A DNA stretch of 64,000 nt, from contig CAVRAO010000002.1 in NCBI GenBank assembly GCA_963719035.1, forward strand, positions 1 through 64,000, read 5' to 3'. This DNA is from Methanobacteriota archaeon. GTDB taxonomy: Archaea; Halobacteriota; Bog-38; Methanoflorentales; Methanoflorentaceae. The notes beneath the pieces were generated by a model. That model did not search any database. It was not told where the DNA came from and saw only the letters and a program-made list of their open reading frames with translations. This document shows positions 40,060 through 51,435 of this stretch, piece by piece. Position numbers and translations under genes: made by a program. Each line of letters begins with the position of its first letter. Within the stretch, counting starts at the first letter, position 1.

Positions 40060-40938
40060 TTATCTTCGTCGCAGGTTCGTTAGTATTATGTCGGCAAGCA
40101 AACCAAAGAACGTTACCTGCAAGCCAGTCATAATAAGCAGAACAGAAAGGATGGCAGCTGCGAACCGTGTTACAACTCCAGTATTTGTATATTCAATAAC
40201 GACGCTTGCACCGTAATAGAGACCTATGAGGATGAATATGAAACCAATTGGTAAGAAAAATACTATTGGATTGTAGTCCCGCACTAAGCGAACGGTCATA
40301 AATACAATGCTTAGGGCGTCTCTAAACGGATCGAGTTTCGCATCGCCGACTCTTTTTCTGTAGCTAATAGGAACTTCAGTAATTGTTAAACCGATTTTTT
40401 GTGCATCAATTATCATTTCGCTGGCGAATGGCATATGAGGCGATTGCAGCCTCAAATCATCAAGTGCCGAGCGCCGTATTGCACGCATTCCTGACTGAGA
40501 ATCAGTTATTTGGACGTGATACAAGTATCGTATCATCGCAGTGAGCATTTTGTTGCCAAGCGCGTTTCTCTTACTCATCGCTTCTTTGTCCATAAGAGCG
40601 AATCGATTGCCGATAACAAAATCAACACCGTCGTTGATAGGCTGAAGTAGAGCCGGAATATCGTATGGATCGTAAGTGTAATCACCATCTAGGATGACGA
40701 CTACCTCTGAATCTTTTGAAATGTGCTTGAAGCCTGTAATGTACGCATCCCCATAGCCAGTCCCGGTTTGATGGATAACCTTTGCTCCAAGCTCGGCAGC
40801 ACGCATTGGAGTTTCGTCTGTTGATTTATCAACGACGATTACTTCTACATCCTGGCCTTTTAGCGCGTCAAAGACATCATAAAGCACGCTTTCAATAGCC
40901 GGCTCATTTATCGTTGGGATGACGACTGAAATTTTCAT
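40060..40938 (-). CDS. GT2 dolichol-phosphate glycosyltransferase (AglJ-like)
   Basis: VIPTINE, DGDYTY and DSQSGMR motifs; two C-terminal TM helices. Confidence 0.88.
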   Translation of the reverse strand: MKISVVIPTINEPAIESVLYDVFDALKGQDVEVIVVDKSTDETPMRAAELGAKVIHQTGTGYGDAYITGFKHISKDSEVVVILDGDYTYDPYDIPALLQPINDGVDFVIGNRFALMDKEAMSKRNALGNKMLTAMIRYLYHVQITDSQSGMRAIRRSALDDLRLQSPHMPFASEMIIDAQKIGLTITEVPISYRKRVGDAKLDPFRDALSIVFMTVRLVRDYNPIVFFLPIGFIFILIGLYYGASVVIEYTNTGVVTRFAAAILSVLLIMTGLQVTFFGLLADIILTNLRRR

Positions 40939-41150
40939 ATCTTCTTGCTCAATGTTAGCTGCTGTATTGGGTTTAGTCTTCCATTAATACTAAAAAATGT
41001 ATAGTTATCTGTTGTTGTTTGTGGAGACTTGGCGTTATGACTGCCAGTATATTATAAAGTAACACAGTTCAGGTTTTGACTATTGAAATTGAAACGGGGC
41101 GCTTCAGTTGGCATGATTCGTGTTAGGCGTTAAATAGCTAAGAGTAGAAG

Positions 41151-42375
41151 ATGACGTCAGTTTGTGTTGAAACGTATGGTTGTACGTCAAATAAAAGTGA
41201 AAGCGAAGAGCTCATACACCAGCTAGAGGGGTACGGGTTAGTTGACTCCGCAAGCGAAGCTCACGTCGTCGTTCTAAATACATGCATGGTTATAGAGGCC
41301 ACCGAGCGGAAGATCCTCAAGCGGATCGAGCTGCTGTATAGCCAGCGAGGCCATCGAACGCTCATTGTCAGCGGTTGCATGGTGCAGCCGCTCGGTGACC
41401 GGCTGCGTTCTTTGTTTCCAGAATTGCTAGTTATGCAGAACGACCGTGTTGCACCTTACATATTAGCTCATTTTTCCTGTGAGCCTGATACAACGTCAAG
41501 GCGTGAAGTGACCGCGAGAGTGAAGATTGCTCAAGGGTGTCAGGGAAGCTGCAGCTACTGCATCGTGAAGCTTATAAAAGGACCGATCAAAAGTCGAAGC
41601 GTAGAGGCCATCAAAAAGGATGTTGAGCACAGGATTCAGCACGGGGCAAAGCAGATATTCTTGACGGCACAAGATGGAGGAGCATATGGGCTAGACAGCG
41701 GATGCAGACTGCCAGAGCTCATAGAAGTCCTTAGCGAACTTAAATACAACTTTAGACTCCGTATTGGGATGATGAACGTATCTTCAATTCAAGATATTGT
41801 CGAAGATCTATTGAGAGCATTTAAGCATCCGAAAGTGTATAATTTTCTGCACTTGCCAGTGCAGTCTGGTTCTGACAGGGTTTTAGGGCGAATGGAACGA
41901 GGGTATACGGTATCTGATTTTAAGTGCATCGTCGCAAGATTCCGTAGTGCGAATCGAGACATCACCTTATCAACCGACTTCATAGTAGGTTTCCCAACTG
42001 AGACTGCAGAGGATTTTCAAGCGACAATACAACTACTTAAAGAGATCCGCCCTCTTAAGGTAAACATCACACGTTTTTCAACAAGGGAGGGAACCTCTGC
42101 GTGCACTTTGGAGCCTGTGATTGGCAGAGAAGCTAAAGAACGATCGCGAGTGTTAACTGCAGAGCACCACCGCATTGCTCACGAGCAAAACTATCTCAGC
42201 CTTGGGAAGGTCTATAGGGCCCTTGCGGTCGAACGAGGTAAAAACGCGAGCACCGTTCTGTATAATGATAATTATAGGCCAATAGTTGTGGCGCGTAAGC
42301 TGACGCTAGGGTTTCGGGTACTCACTACTCGTAACTAAAGCTACACCAACGTATTTGGTAGGCACGCTTAGCTGA
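41151..42375 (+). CDS. mtaB: tRNA t6A methylthiotransferase (MtaB/CDKAL1-like radical SAM); frameshift near 42312
   Basis: ETYGC, NTC and CQGSCSYC motifs; the TRAM-domain end (VTKATPTYLVG) is in a shifted frame. Confidence 0.85.
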
Positions 42376-42462
42376 TTTTTTTGGGGAAAACAAGCCCGCT
42401 TCACAGCTATTTTTAAAATAAAGCAATAGGATTTTATATCATAACAGTTGTGTATCAGTAAT

Positions 42463-42624
42463 ATGCAACGGCCTCGATATCAGCTAAGGAATTTTGACTG
42501 GGTTACCTTTGCCTTAATTTTTGCCATCGCGTTCATTTTGAGCTGGATCCCGTTCCTTGATCGTCTTCTCGTAGTTGTAGCTATTTCAGCTGTCTTGTAC
42601 ACGTTCGTTAAAAGCATATTCTAG
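42463..42624 (+). CDS. Small two-TM membrane protein (53 aa)
   Basis: MQRPRYQLRNFDWVTFALIFAIAFILSWIPFLDRLLVVVAISAVLYTFVKSIF; TTTTATAT at 42432-42439 suggests a leaderless transcript. Confidence 0.6.
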   Translation: MQRPRYQLRNFDWVTFALIFAIAFILSWIPFLDRLLVVVAISAVLYTFVKSIF

Positions 42625-42756
42625 CTACATGCTTTCTCTACGGCAAGTAATAGCAGATTGAGGACGTTTTGGCTCAGATTACGGTGTGCCTCGTGAACAG
42701 CACTACGTCATTGCAGGAAAAAGCGAACCATCATCTAGAACATAGGGCGGTTACAT

Positions 42757-44571
42757 ATGCGTCTCCTTCTATTGCACGTTGACTACATTGAATACAAGAC
42801 TACAAAGGCGACCAAGTACGCGGAAGACTTAGAAGGTTTGCGAAACGAAGCTCGAATGGAGGAGGCTTTAGCTGTATTTATTGCAGCGGAACGCGCTGAT
42901 GCGGTAAATGCGGATGAAGTGGCACTAGAAGCTTCAAAGGTTATACAAGACGTAGCGACCAAAGTAGCGACTAAGAGGGTGTTGCTTTATCCATATGCTC
43001 ATTTGAGTTCCGAATTGGCCTCGCCCGAGATTGCTTTGGCAATTCTACAAAAAATTGAATCTTTTCTTGTTGATTATGAGGTGTTAAGGGCGCCATTTGG
43101 GTGGTACAAATCATTTAGTCTCAAGTGTAAGGGTCATCCCCTCGCTGAGCTTTCAAGATCTATAAAAGCCGAAGCAAAACCAGAAAAGAAGAAAATCGAC
43201 AGAGAGTTTCATGTTATTGAGCCTGATGGCAAGCTCACGCCTGCAAATGCTTTTCACTCTGCGGACTCCGAATTCCAAGACATTTTGGAATACGAATTAG
43301 GACAATACGTGACCCGTAGTGCGGAAAGAGAATTGCCGCATATCAGGCTGATGAAGGAGAAGGAGCTAGTTGAGTATGAGCCATTGTCGGACGTGGGTCA
43401 CCTAAAGTGGTTGCCTAAGGGGAAACTGATTCGCGACCTTTTGATTGATTACACATACCTCTTGTCGGTGAGTTACGGTGCGATGCCGGTCGAAACGCCG
43501 GTGATGTATGACCTTTCTAGCACAGCGGTTAGCGAACATGCAAGCAAGTTTGGAGAGCGACAATATCGGTTGAAAGCTGGCTCCCGCGATATGATGCTAA
43601 GATTCGCTGCCTGTTTTGGCATGTTTAGCATGATGCACCAGATGCATTTGACCGCAAAAGACCTGCCGTTGAAACTGTACGAGCTTTCAACTTACTCCTT
43701 CCGTTATGAGCAACGTGGCGAAGTGACCGGTCTCAAGCGCCAGCGAGCATTCACTATGCCTGACATGCACACGGCTTGTAAGGACATGAGTGAAGCGAAG
43801 CAGTTTTTTTTAGAGCAATTAAGACTCGGGTTTAAGTCTGGTTTAGATCTAGCTGTTAAATATGAGCCTATATTTCGAAGTACAAAAACGTTTTATGAAG
43901 AGAACAAAAAATGGGTTCAGCAGATGGTTCGCGAATTTCAGCGTCCATTCCTCTTAGAACTTTTGTCCGAGCGTGCGCACTACTGGGTTTGTAAGTGCGA
44001 TCTTGCGGCATTAGATAGTTCACGAAAACCCATCGAATGTCCCACTGTCCAGATTGACGTGGAGAGTGCGGAGCGGTTTGATATAAAATATTATGATGAA
44101 ACGGGTGAACGCTGGCCTATCATTTTACATACGTCACCAACGGGGGGGATAGAGCGGGTGCTTGGTGCGATCCTCGAAGCGCAGGCGCTTGAAAGAGTGC
44201 CCTCCTTACCTGTGTGGTTGGCACCAACTCAGGTTAGGATTATTCCGATCTCAGAGAAATACCTAAAGTATGCGGAAGGGGTTTTAGGTGAAGTCCAAAA
44301 AGCGAAGGTTCGCGTAGACATCGATGACCGCGATGAGTCTGTCAGTAAAAAAGTAGCCGCTGCTGGAAAAGAGTGGGCACCCTACGTCGTCGTTATTGGG
44401 GAAAAAGAGCAAAAAGAAAAAAGCCTAGCCGTCACTGAGCGCTTAACGGGTACAAAGCAGTCTATGTCGGTTAACGAATTGATCGATCAGGTGCGCCAAA
44501 ACACCAATCAAATGCCGTTTAGGCCCCTAACTTTACCTCAGATGCTATCTAAGCGGCCAAAATTTGTTTGA
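42757..44571 (+). CDS. thrS: Threonine--tRNA ligase (archaeal type)
   Basis: YPYAHLS, PFGWYK, RFAAC, FTMPDMH and GGIER motifs. Confidence 0.97.
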   Translation: MRLLLLHVDYIEYKTTKATKYAEDLEGLRNEARMEEALAVFIAAERADAVNADEVALEASKVIQDVATKVATKRVLLYPYAHLSSELASPEIALAILQKIESFLVDYEVLRAPFGWYKSFSLKCKGHPLAELSRSIKAEAKPEKKKIDREFHVIEPDGKLTPANAFHSADSEFQDILEYELGQYVTRSAERELPHIRLMKEKELVEYEPLSDVGHLKWLPKGKLIRDLLIDYTYLLSVSYGAMPVETPVMYDLSSTAVSEHASKFGERQYRLKAGSRDMMLRFAACFGMFSMMHQMHLTAKDLPLKLYELSTYSFRYEQRGEVTGLKRQRAFTMPDMHTACKDMSEAKQFFLEQLRLGFKSGLDLAVKYEPIFRSTKTFYEENKKWVQQMVREFQRPFLLELLSERAHYWVCKCDLAALDSSRKPIECPTVQIDVESAERFDIKYYDETGERWPIILHTSPTGGIERVLGAILEAQALERVPSLPVWLAPTQVRIIPISEKYLKYAEGVLGEVQKAKVRVDIDDRDESVSKKVAAAGKEWAPYVVVIGEKEQKEKSLAVTERLTGTKQSMSVNELIDQVRQNTNQMPFRPLTLPQMLSKRPKFV

Positions 44572-44639
44572 ATGCGCTTGGGAGTCCCTGTTCTTCAGTT
44601 TGCGGAGTCAGAGAGTACGCAAGTGTGCTTTCAAGGGTT

Positions 44640-46110
44640 TTAGAACGTGTCGTCTTGAGCGTAGCTTCTTCCCAACTTTAGTGCAATTTCTGCCTGTTTT
44701 AACTCACGTCCAAGGTACCCTGCGTGTGCTGTGCTTGATACTAGTTCGAGTTCAAAAATGGTTTTGAGGATCATTTCTGCAGAATCACCTTGGATAGTTG
44801 TTCCCGTGTCGTGCCGCGCATAAATCAGTCCGTCTTTGATGCCGATCACGAAGTTGCCCTGAGGGTCAGGTGTAAATATTTCAGGATCGAAGTCCTTTGC
44901 GTTATAGACGTTTCTGCTAGTGACTACGTATTCTGGTCTTCGTCTGCGTTCTTTCAACTGGAGAAGATCGATGCCCAGATCCTTAGGTGGTCCTCCTTTA
45001 AATTGCGCCAGCTGCATCATTTGAGCAGCGGTCTTTAATTCTCGCACGCTGCCTCTTGCTTTGTCGCTGTATTCAGGGGTAAAAAGAATGCTCACGCCAA
45101 GTTCTAAAGCTAAGCCCGCGAGCAAAGCGTTCGCGCCAACTGAGTCGGCTTCCATAAGTTCAACTATGTTACCGACGCCGAGAAACAGAGGCAAACGGCT
45201 GAGGGATCGCACGCGGCGGTACTCCGCGAGTGAATCGGCAGCTCCTACGCCAATAGGGTAGAGCACAGGATCAGCTATGATTTTCCTGATTTGGTAACTG
45301 CGTGCAAGAGCTACAGAAGAGCATACGTCGCTGTCGTGGGGTAGCACGACAGTCGCAATATCTCTCTCAGCAATGAGAGGTCCGATCTCGCGGGCGTTTT
45401 CTGATGTAAATGAAAGAACTAGCTCCGCTCCTGCGTCTATTCCAGCGCAGATAAGCGCTGGATCTAGGCTGTCAACGCTAGTTGCGACATTGTGCTGACC
45501 TGTTACTTCATTGACTTTAGCAAAGGTCTGCATTACCTCATTTTCTGTGGTTCCTAAGGGTATGCCGATGTCGATAATATCGGCGCCGTTTCGTATATGT
45601 TGCTCAGCGATGCGTTTAGAGTCTACAAAGGGCGCGTCTATTATCTCAGCGAGTACCCTTCATGCGAGAATTACCACCTATTTTTTTGTCACGAATCTTG
45701 AAATCGTAGGTGGCAGATCTCTCTAGTTCTATTAATAACCTCAAAGCGTCATTCTTGCGTTTTTCCAGAATGATCCGATCAGCCGGCTCATTTAGTGATA
45801 ACGGAGAATCATCAAAGGAATTAAGCACTAAGCTGAGATCATACGCTTGCTTTGGCCCCAGAACAATAGTTGTGTTCAGTTCATCGGCAAGAGAACTAAA
45901 CCCGGTTGTGTTCGAAGAACCGGGAATCAAGATCACATCGTACGCACGAGCTAGCCGTCTTACGTGCTCGACGTAAGCTTTTTTTAATAAGGGCGGAGTC
46001 ATTAGCGCCGCAACGTCGATATCTAACACAAGCACATCCGCAGCCTGACCTACGCTTCCCTTGACGACTTTTTCAGCGCAGCGACCGGTAGCCACTAGTA
46101 CTCTTGTAAT
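44640..46110 (-). CDS. Dihydropteroate synthase-like protein (with DUF4346-type C-terminus); extra G near 45657
   Basis: VLVATGR, GNSRMK/VLAEIIDAP, GADIIDIG and HAGYLGREL motifs; start uncertain. Confidence 0.85.
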
Positions 46111-46165
46111 AAGAGCTCACCGTAACTACATACCCTTAATATATTATATCACAATTACTGGTGGC

Positions 46166-46831
46166 ATGCGGCTCGACCTGCACGTTCACTCCGAATATTC
46201 GCCTGACTCTCATAGTTCAATTGAAGCAATTCTTAAACAAGCCCAAGAAGCAGGTCTTGATGGCATAGCAATTACTGATCATAACTCAGTACAGTCTTTT
46301 TTTGTAGCATCTAAACTTGCTGAAGATCTAGGACTTAATTTGATTTTAGTTCCTGGGGCTGAGATTTCGACGAGTGAGGGCCATTTGATCGCGCTTGGAA
46401 CCCACAACCTCTTGCCGGCCGGTTTATCTGCTGTTGAAACTATAGAGCACGCTCACGATAATGGTGGAATTGCTGTAGCGCCGCATCCATATGCGTTCTT
46501 TAGACAAGGCATTCGAAATCTTCGAGCCAAACGATTAGATGCTGTGGAAACGTTCAATTCGAAACATCTTTTTGGATTTTCGAACTATCTCGCTGGCCGT
46601 TCTGCTCGAAAGCTGAACCTTGGGGTGACTGGTGGAAGCGATTCACACAAAGTAGAGACGATCGGTTTTGGCTACACCGAAGTGAATATAGCAGACGGCG
46701 CTGACGTGGAGCAGGTACTGCAGGCCATAAAGAGTTGTAGATCGCAAGCAAAGGGTCGGGTTTCGCCGCGTCTGCGATCAGTTGGTTATTCGCTCAAAAC
46801 ACGTGTCGGGAACTACAAAAACGGTAGGTAA
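46166..46831 (+). CDS. PHP-domain phosphoesterase
   Basis: DLHVHS, ITDHN, APHP and GGSDSH motifs. Confidence 0.92.
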   Translation: MRLDLHVHSEYSPDSHSSIEAILKQAQEAGLDGIAITDHNSVQSFFVASKLAEDLGLNLILVPGAEISTSEGHLIALGTHNLLPAGLSAVETIEHAHDNGGIAVAPHPYAFFRQGIRNLRAKRLDAVETFNSKHLFGFSNYLAGRSARKLNLGVTGGSDSHKVETIGFGYTEVNIADGADVEQVLQAIKSCRSQAKGRVSPRLRSVGYSLKTRVGNYKNGR

Positions 46832-46879
46832 GTTGCCGGCAGCAAAAAGTCCGTAAGTACGCGAGCCGTTACGCGCAAA

Positions 46880-47581
46880 TCAGACTTTTACCCAAAGCGC
46901 CTCTTTGAGCTCGGTTGGGTCGTTGAGAACTGTGATTCCTGACTGCTTTCGTAGCGTTTTGACATTGTTTTTATCAATCTCACGTACCGCGAGATTCACC
47001 GAACCCCCTATAATCGCATCAAAGCAGCACGCATCCTTGCATAACCCACAACCATCGCATCTAAGGTAATCGATTTGCTCATCAATAGCGTCGTTTGGGC
47101 ACACTCGTGCGCATTCGCGACATTGAGTACAAAGATCCCTGTTTATGAAATATGGCACAGGGCTCTTCACGGTCCCTTCGATGTCGACGGGGACTATGAA
47201 AACTAAAACACCGGCCTTCAGTGCGTGTGCAGCTGCATTAGTGACTAGTGTGTCGGCGATGCCGTGGGCTATCTTGGCAACTGTGTTAGATGTAGCGGGG
47301 GAAATGAACAAAGCGTCATAGATGCCGCGTGAGAAGCGACCGGTTTTGGGATAGCTCCAACCTTGCTCTGTTTCGAGTATGATCTCCTCCATATACCCAC
47401 CAGGAGAGATTATGGGCAAGTGCTGAAAAAGGCCATAAACGCGTGTCACCTCTTCTGCTGCCCGTGAGACAAACGAAGTAATGTTCACGCGATCTTGCTT
47501 GAGTCGTTTGAGTTCGACGAATAAATCAAAGCTATCTTTTAAGTAATGACCTGCACCAGTGACGCCCCATGCGATTTTCAC
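46880..47581 (-). CDS. dmrX: Dihydromethanopterin reductase (AfpA-type flavoprotein with two 4Fe-4S motifs)
   Basis: IAWGVTGAGH, PATSNTVAK and two CxxCxxCxxxC motifs. Confidence 0.85.
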   Translation of the reverse strand: MKIAWGVTGAGHYLKDSFDLFVELKRLKQDRVNITSFVSRAAEEVTRVYGLFQHLPIISPGGYMEEIILETEQGWSYPKTGRFSRGIYDALFISPATSNTVAKIAHGIADTLVTNAAAHALKAGVLVFIVPVDIEGTVKSPVPYFINRDLCTQCRECARVCPNDAIDEQIDYLRCDGCGLCKDACCFDAIIGGSVNLAVREIDKNNVKTLRKQSGITVLNDPTELKEALWVKV

Positions 47582-47630
47582 GCTTTTCCTCCAACAGCTG
47601 CACTCTCGATTAAACAGCGAGACCTGCGAT

Positions 47631-48185
47631 TCACGCTATGTAATCTTTTAGCAGCTGAAATGCTTCTAACTCCTGTCTTCCGCCACATTTTCTAACAATA
47701 CTCTCGAAGTGGGTTGTGCATTCTAGGTATTTTGGATCCTTTAACGTTTTATACCGTGTTGCGTTAATCGTTGCTTCAAGCACTGCGTAGAATGCCCGGT
47801 TGATCGGCAATATTGGCCTCTGCAGAACAACGGATCTCATCGGCAGAAGCTTTACGAGAGCAGTCTTTTGGGTCGGTTTCTCTAGAATTGTACATGCGAA
47901 TACTACCCAAGCATAAGCTGCGGTGAGGATTGGCGCCTCTTCATCCGAGCGAAAAAATGAACGATCAAGATCATCAAAGGCCGTCTTTACGTAAAGCAGT
48001 GGGTCTAAAACAAAGTTTGCAACCAGCTCACGATTCTTTTTGACGTTCGAAAATGTATGACTATCTTTGTATATCAAAGCGTAGAGGAAGTTGCGATTTA
48101 TAATGCCCATAGGAGCCGCATTGGGCTGATCGTTGCGCGTGGTCGCTATAACCTCTGAAATCCCCTCGCGAAATTGTATCTCCAT
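47631..48185 (-). CDS. DUF447 family protein
   Basis: EVIATT...PNAAPMG and INRA..AVLEA motifs. Confidence 0.85.
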   Translation of the reverse strand: MEIQFREGISEVIATTRNDQPNAAPMGIINRNFLYALIYKDSHTFSNVKKNRELVANFVLDPLLYVKTAFDDLDRSFFRSDEEAPILTAAYAWVVFACTILEKPTQKTALVKLLPMRSVVLQRPILPINRAFYAVLEATINATRYKTLKDPKYLECTTHFESIVRKCGGRQELEAFQLLKDYIA

Positions 48186-49051
48186 CAGTACCTAAATCCT
48201 CCCAAGAGCGTAACGAACAATGACCCAATCACGAGATCTGCCGTCGTGCCCGGGTTAATATGCCGTGCGATAAGCTCTTTGTCAAAGTCTTCAATATTGC
48301 CGCGTTTTAACACGTGCGCCGCTTTTGCCGACATCTCAAGAGCTACTTCGGAGCCAAATTTTTTAGCAATAAGGCTATCTGGCAATTCGCTGAGGAGGTG
48401 AAGGAACAAGCATACAATCGAATCGTTAAGGCCATATCCCGATTCTTGGAACCGCTTGAAGCGTTCAGCCCCACGAAAGGTTCGCGGGAATCCCTCGATC
48501 CATTCCTTCGCAATTGTGTCGTTTGAGCTTGAAATTTCCATAATGTCAAGGAGCGTCAGGTGCTGCTTTTGAATATTGCGCACTGATTCGGGATCATTTA
48601 CGTCAAGGTAATGCCGTTCTTGGACGCGGACGTCAATGCTCCGAAATGATTCGTAAAACCGTACGGCGTCCACAGTTGTAGTACTTTCCACTATTTTTAT
48701 TACGTTTGTTCTAAGCTGAGATATCGTGCTGCTTCTGCTTGCTGCGGCACACAACGGGATTAACAGAAGAATTGCACCAAAGTGGCAGTTACCTGCTTTT
48801 TGCCACGTAGCACTAGCCTCCACTGCGTTTAAAATCAGATCGCCAATGTTATGTCCCTTTGATGCTGCTTTTCTGAACGCAGGAAACAGACCCACAGACG
48901 ACCCGAGAAAATGCTCGTAGGTTACATCTTCAAAGTCGTGAGTTCTGTCTACATTACCTGGTTTTGGCGTCGCGGAGACCTCGAGCAACATCGCAAGCTC
49001 CGCGGAACCGGCTATAAAGTCTGTTTCATACATGTTGAAAAGGCGTTTCAC
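48185..49051 (-). CDS. citG: Triphosphoribosyl-dephospho-CoA synthase (CitG family)
   Basis: LEVSATPKPGNV, DSLIAKKFG and NPGTTAD motifs. Confidence 0.88.
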   Translation of the reverse strand: MKRLFNMYETDFIAGSAELAMLLEVSATPKPGNVDRTHDFEDVTYEHFLGSSVGLFPAFRKAASKGHNIGDLILNAVEASATWQKAGNCHFGAILLLIPLCAAASRSSTISQLRTNVIKIVESTTTVDAVRFYESFRSIDVRVQERHYLDVNDPESVRNIQKQHLTLLDIMEISSSNDTIAKEWIEGFPRTFRGAERFKRFQESGYGLNDSIVCLFLHLLSELPDSLIAKKFGSEVALEMSAKAAHVLKRGNIEDFDKELIARHINPGTTADLVIGSLFVTLLGGFRY

Positions 49052-50154
49052 TCAAGATTTCGACAGCTGAGGAATGCTTCCGCGAGCTGTTTTTTGAGTT
49101 GCATGTACTCAACGTCAGAAAATCCTAAGTCCTGTAAACTGCTGTCTCTCCAAGGGCAAGGCCTTGTGATCTTACAACACCAGACCATGCTGCCAAAGCA
49201 CGTATCTGGACCTGCCCCGAGCTTTGTTCCCTTAAAGCTCTCTTTGACACGGACATATTCTTCCTTCGTAATTCCTGCTCTTTTCAAAACGTATTGGAGG
49301 GGGCAATCCTTTACTGGCATACAACAATAGGCCAACCCTCGCAGATCTCCACCAGCACAGATGTGTTTTGGTGCGTTATACCAACCAACTGATTCTTGAT
49401 ATGATTGAACTTCAACTAGTATTTCCTGAAGAGCTATGTCGCCGGCTATTGCGGCGCGGGCGACTGAAACATAGTCTGCGCCCATAGAGAACATTTTGTG
49501 TGCGCTGCTATAGTCTACAATGGAATTGTTAGCGATGATTTTGAGCGTGGTAGTATCTCGTATCTTCTTGACTAACGTAGGTCTCGAATCCATTGTGTCG
49601 ATATGAATTGCATCGGCACCTGCCTTGTCTATAGCTTTTGCGAGCTCGACATCGCCGACCACCCCTGCGCGAACCTTCACAGACAAAGGCACGTCTGTCT
49701 GTTTGATCTCATGGATCCATTCGTCAAGCTTGGTGAGATCTTGCGTCAGACATTGACCAGCGCCAATAGCTTGCATCTCAGGCTGTCTGCAGTGCGCATT
49801 CAGTTCAAGAATTGCCCCCTTTTGATGCGTCAGTTCAGCGATTTCGAGCAGAGGTTCTAACGTGGTCGACCGTGCATTAACTCCCGCTATTATCTCGGTC
49901 GCGTTCATGACCCCAAGCTCGTTTTTAATAATGGACGTCGGGTCGTCATACGCGAATTCGCTTCGCCCTTTCTTAACCAGCTCTTTTGCGGCCGTGATGG
50001 TTGCTTCATCGAGATTATACCCACCTAAAATTGCGAGCCCAGCGCTTCGCGTTATGGCAAACGAACTATTCGTCAGTCCCGCGATCGAAGCGAGTACCAA
50101 AGGGTTCGGTATATTAATATCGCCGATTGTCAAGTCAAAGTCTATTTGCGGCAA
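49048..50154 (-). CDS. Methanogenesis marker 9 domain protein (DUS-like TIM barrel + Cys-rich domain)
   Basis: ELNAHCRQ, HICAGGDLRGLAYCC and CFGSMVWCCK motifs. Confidence 0.88.
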   Translation of the reverse strand: MPQIDFDLTIGDINIPNPLVLASIAGLTNSSFAITRSAGLAILGGYNLDEATITAAKELVKKGRSEFAYDDPTSIIKNELGVMNATEIIAGVNARSTTLEPLLEIAELTHQKGAILELNAHCRQPEMQAIGAGQCLTQDLTKLDEWIHEIKQTDVPLSVKVRAGVVGDVELAKAIDKAGADAIHIDTMDSRPTLVKKIRDTTTLKIIANNSIVDYSSAHKMFSMGADYVSVARAAIAGDIALQEILVEVQSYQESVGWYNAPKHICAGGDLRGLAYCCMPVKDCPLQYVLKRAGITKEEYVRVKESFKGTKLGAGPDTCFGSMVWCCKITRPCPWRDSSLQDLGFSDVEYMQLKKQLAEAFLSCRNLE

Positions 50155-50290
50155 GGTTCAACCTCTATCCTCTCGAGTTTATTCATTCAGGGTGCTGAGT
50201 AACTTGGAAATAGAGCATCAGTGTCTCATTATTGTAGTTCGCTGCTATTTAATCTTACTTTGCCGGGGGGCACACATCGTGACTACGATC

Positions 50291-51202
50291 TCAGCAATGC
50301 TGAGCAAGCAATTGCAGGATCTCTGCAGCGAGTTCTTTGCTTTGCTTTCCATCTGCCATGATTGTATTCGCACGCAGCACTTCTACTTCCCCGGGCAAAT
50401 CGCGACTCGAAACGGCAAAGTCCGCATTGTCGACGATTAAGATGTTTAAAAAGTCGCCGTAGAACTCGGCAACCCCAATGGAACTAACCGGAAGTCCTGC
50501 AGATTCCATAAACTTTCGCGCTGGTCCACTCACGGGTTCAGTCCGCACTATCGGACTGATCGCGATGACAAATCGATCTTTGAGAGCTTCTCTCATCCCA
50601 TTTACGCGAAGAATAGGCCCGATGCTTGAAATTGGGTTCGACGGCCCGATGACAACGGCATTGTATTCCTCAAGGGCGGTGTTTACCTCTGTTGTCATTG
50701 CGCTCGTCTCACAATTGACTTGTGCAACGGCCGGCCGCTGCTTGTGTTTAATGAGAAAATCTTGAATATGCATCTCGCCTTCGTCCGTTTCAATCATTGT
50801 AGGAACGAAGTCGTTCGTCATTGGGAGGACTTTGGAGGACACACCGAACGAAGCGCACAGAAGGAGAGTCGCATCAGTCAAAGTTGCTCCCTGTCGCAGA
50901 AGGTCTGAACGGAAAATATGGGTCGCCCTATCAAGCTCCCCAATAATGATTCCCTCTTCGTGTCCGCGGCTGACTAGCGCTTCGTGGGTCAAGAACGTAT
51001 CGTCCTTTATGCCCCACCACCGGTCGGTTGAAACTCCTGTGATGGTATAGATGACCGTGTCGATATCGGGACAAACAAGGTTGCCAGAGACCCAAATATC
51101 GTCTCCTGTATTCGCGATAACGGTCAATTGTGTTTCAGGACAAAGGTTAAGCAGCCCGCGAAGCAACTTCGGACTGCCCGTCCCACCAGAAAGCAATAGC
51201 AA
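50291..51202 (-). CDS. cofD: 2-phospho-L-lactate transferase
   Basis: LSGGTG..K, PDIDTVIY, GPSNPISSI and PVSGPA motifs. Confidence 0.95.
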   Translation of the reverse strand: MLLLSGGTGSPKLLRGLLNLCPETQLTVIANTGDDIWVSGNLVCPDIDTVIYTITGVSTDRWWGIKDDTFLTHEALVSRGHEEGIIIGELDRATHIFRSDLLRQGATLTDATLLLCASFGVSSKVLPMTNDFVPTMIETDEGEMHIQDFLIKHKQRPAVAQVNCETSAMTTEVNTALEEYNAVVIGPSNPISSIGPILRVNGMREALKDRFVIAISPIVRTEPVSGPARKFMESAGLPVSSIGVAEFYGDFLNILIVDNADFAVSSRDLPGEVEVLRANTIMADGKQSKELAAEILQLLAQHC

Positions 51203-51435
51203 GGCATTCCTCCGCGTTTGTAGTAAGTTTTCTTCAGATAAAGGTTATGCCCGTACCATCCAAAACCGCCGCTCAATTGCATCCGTCCTGTTTGAAGTCT
51301 TTTCGGAAGGGCTAAACCCAAAAACCTTTAGGCTGTCAGTAAGATAGAATTAGAGGAGGCTGCACGTGCTCATCCCACGGTCTCGGCGATTCAAGGATTT
51401 AAATTGCCAAACATCACTCAACAAGGAGCAAGTAT

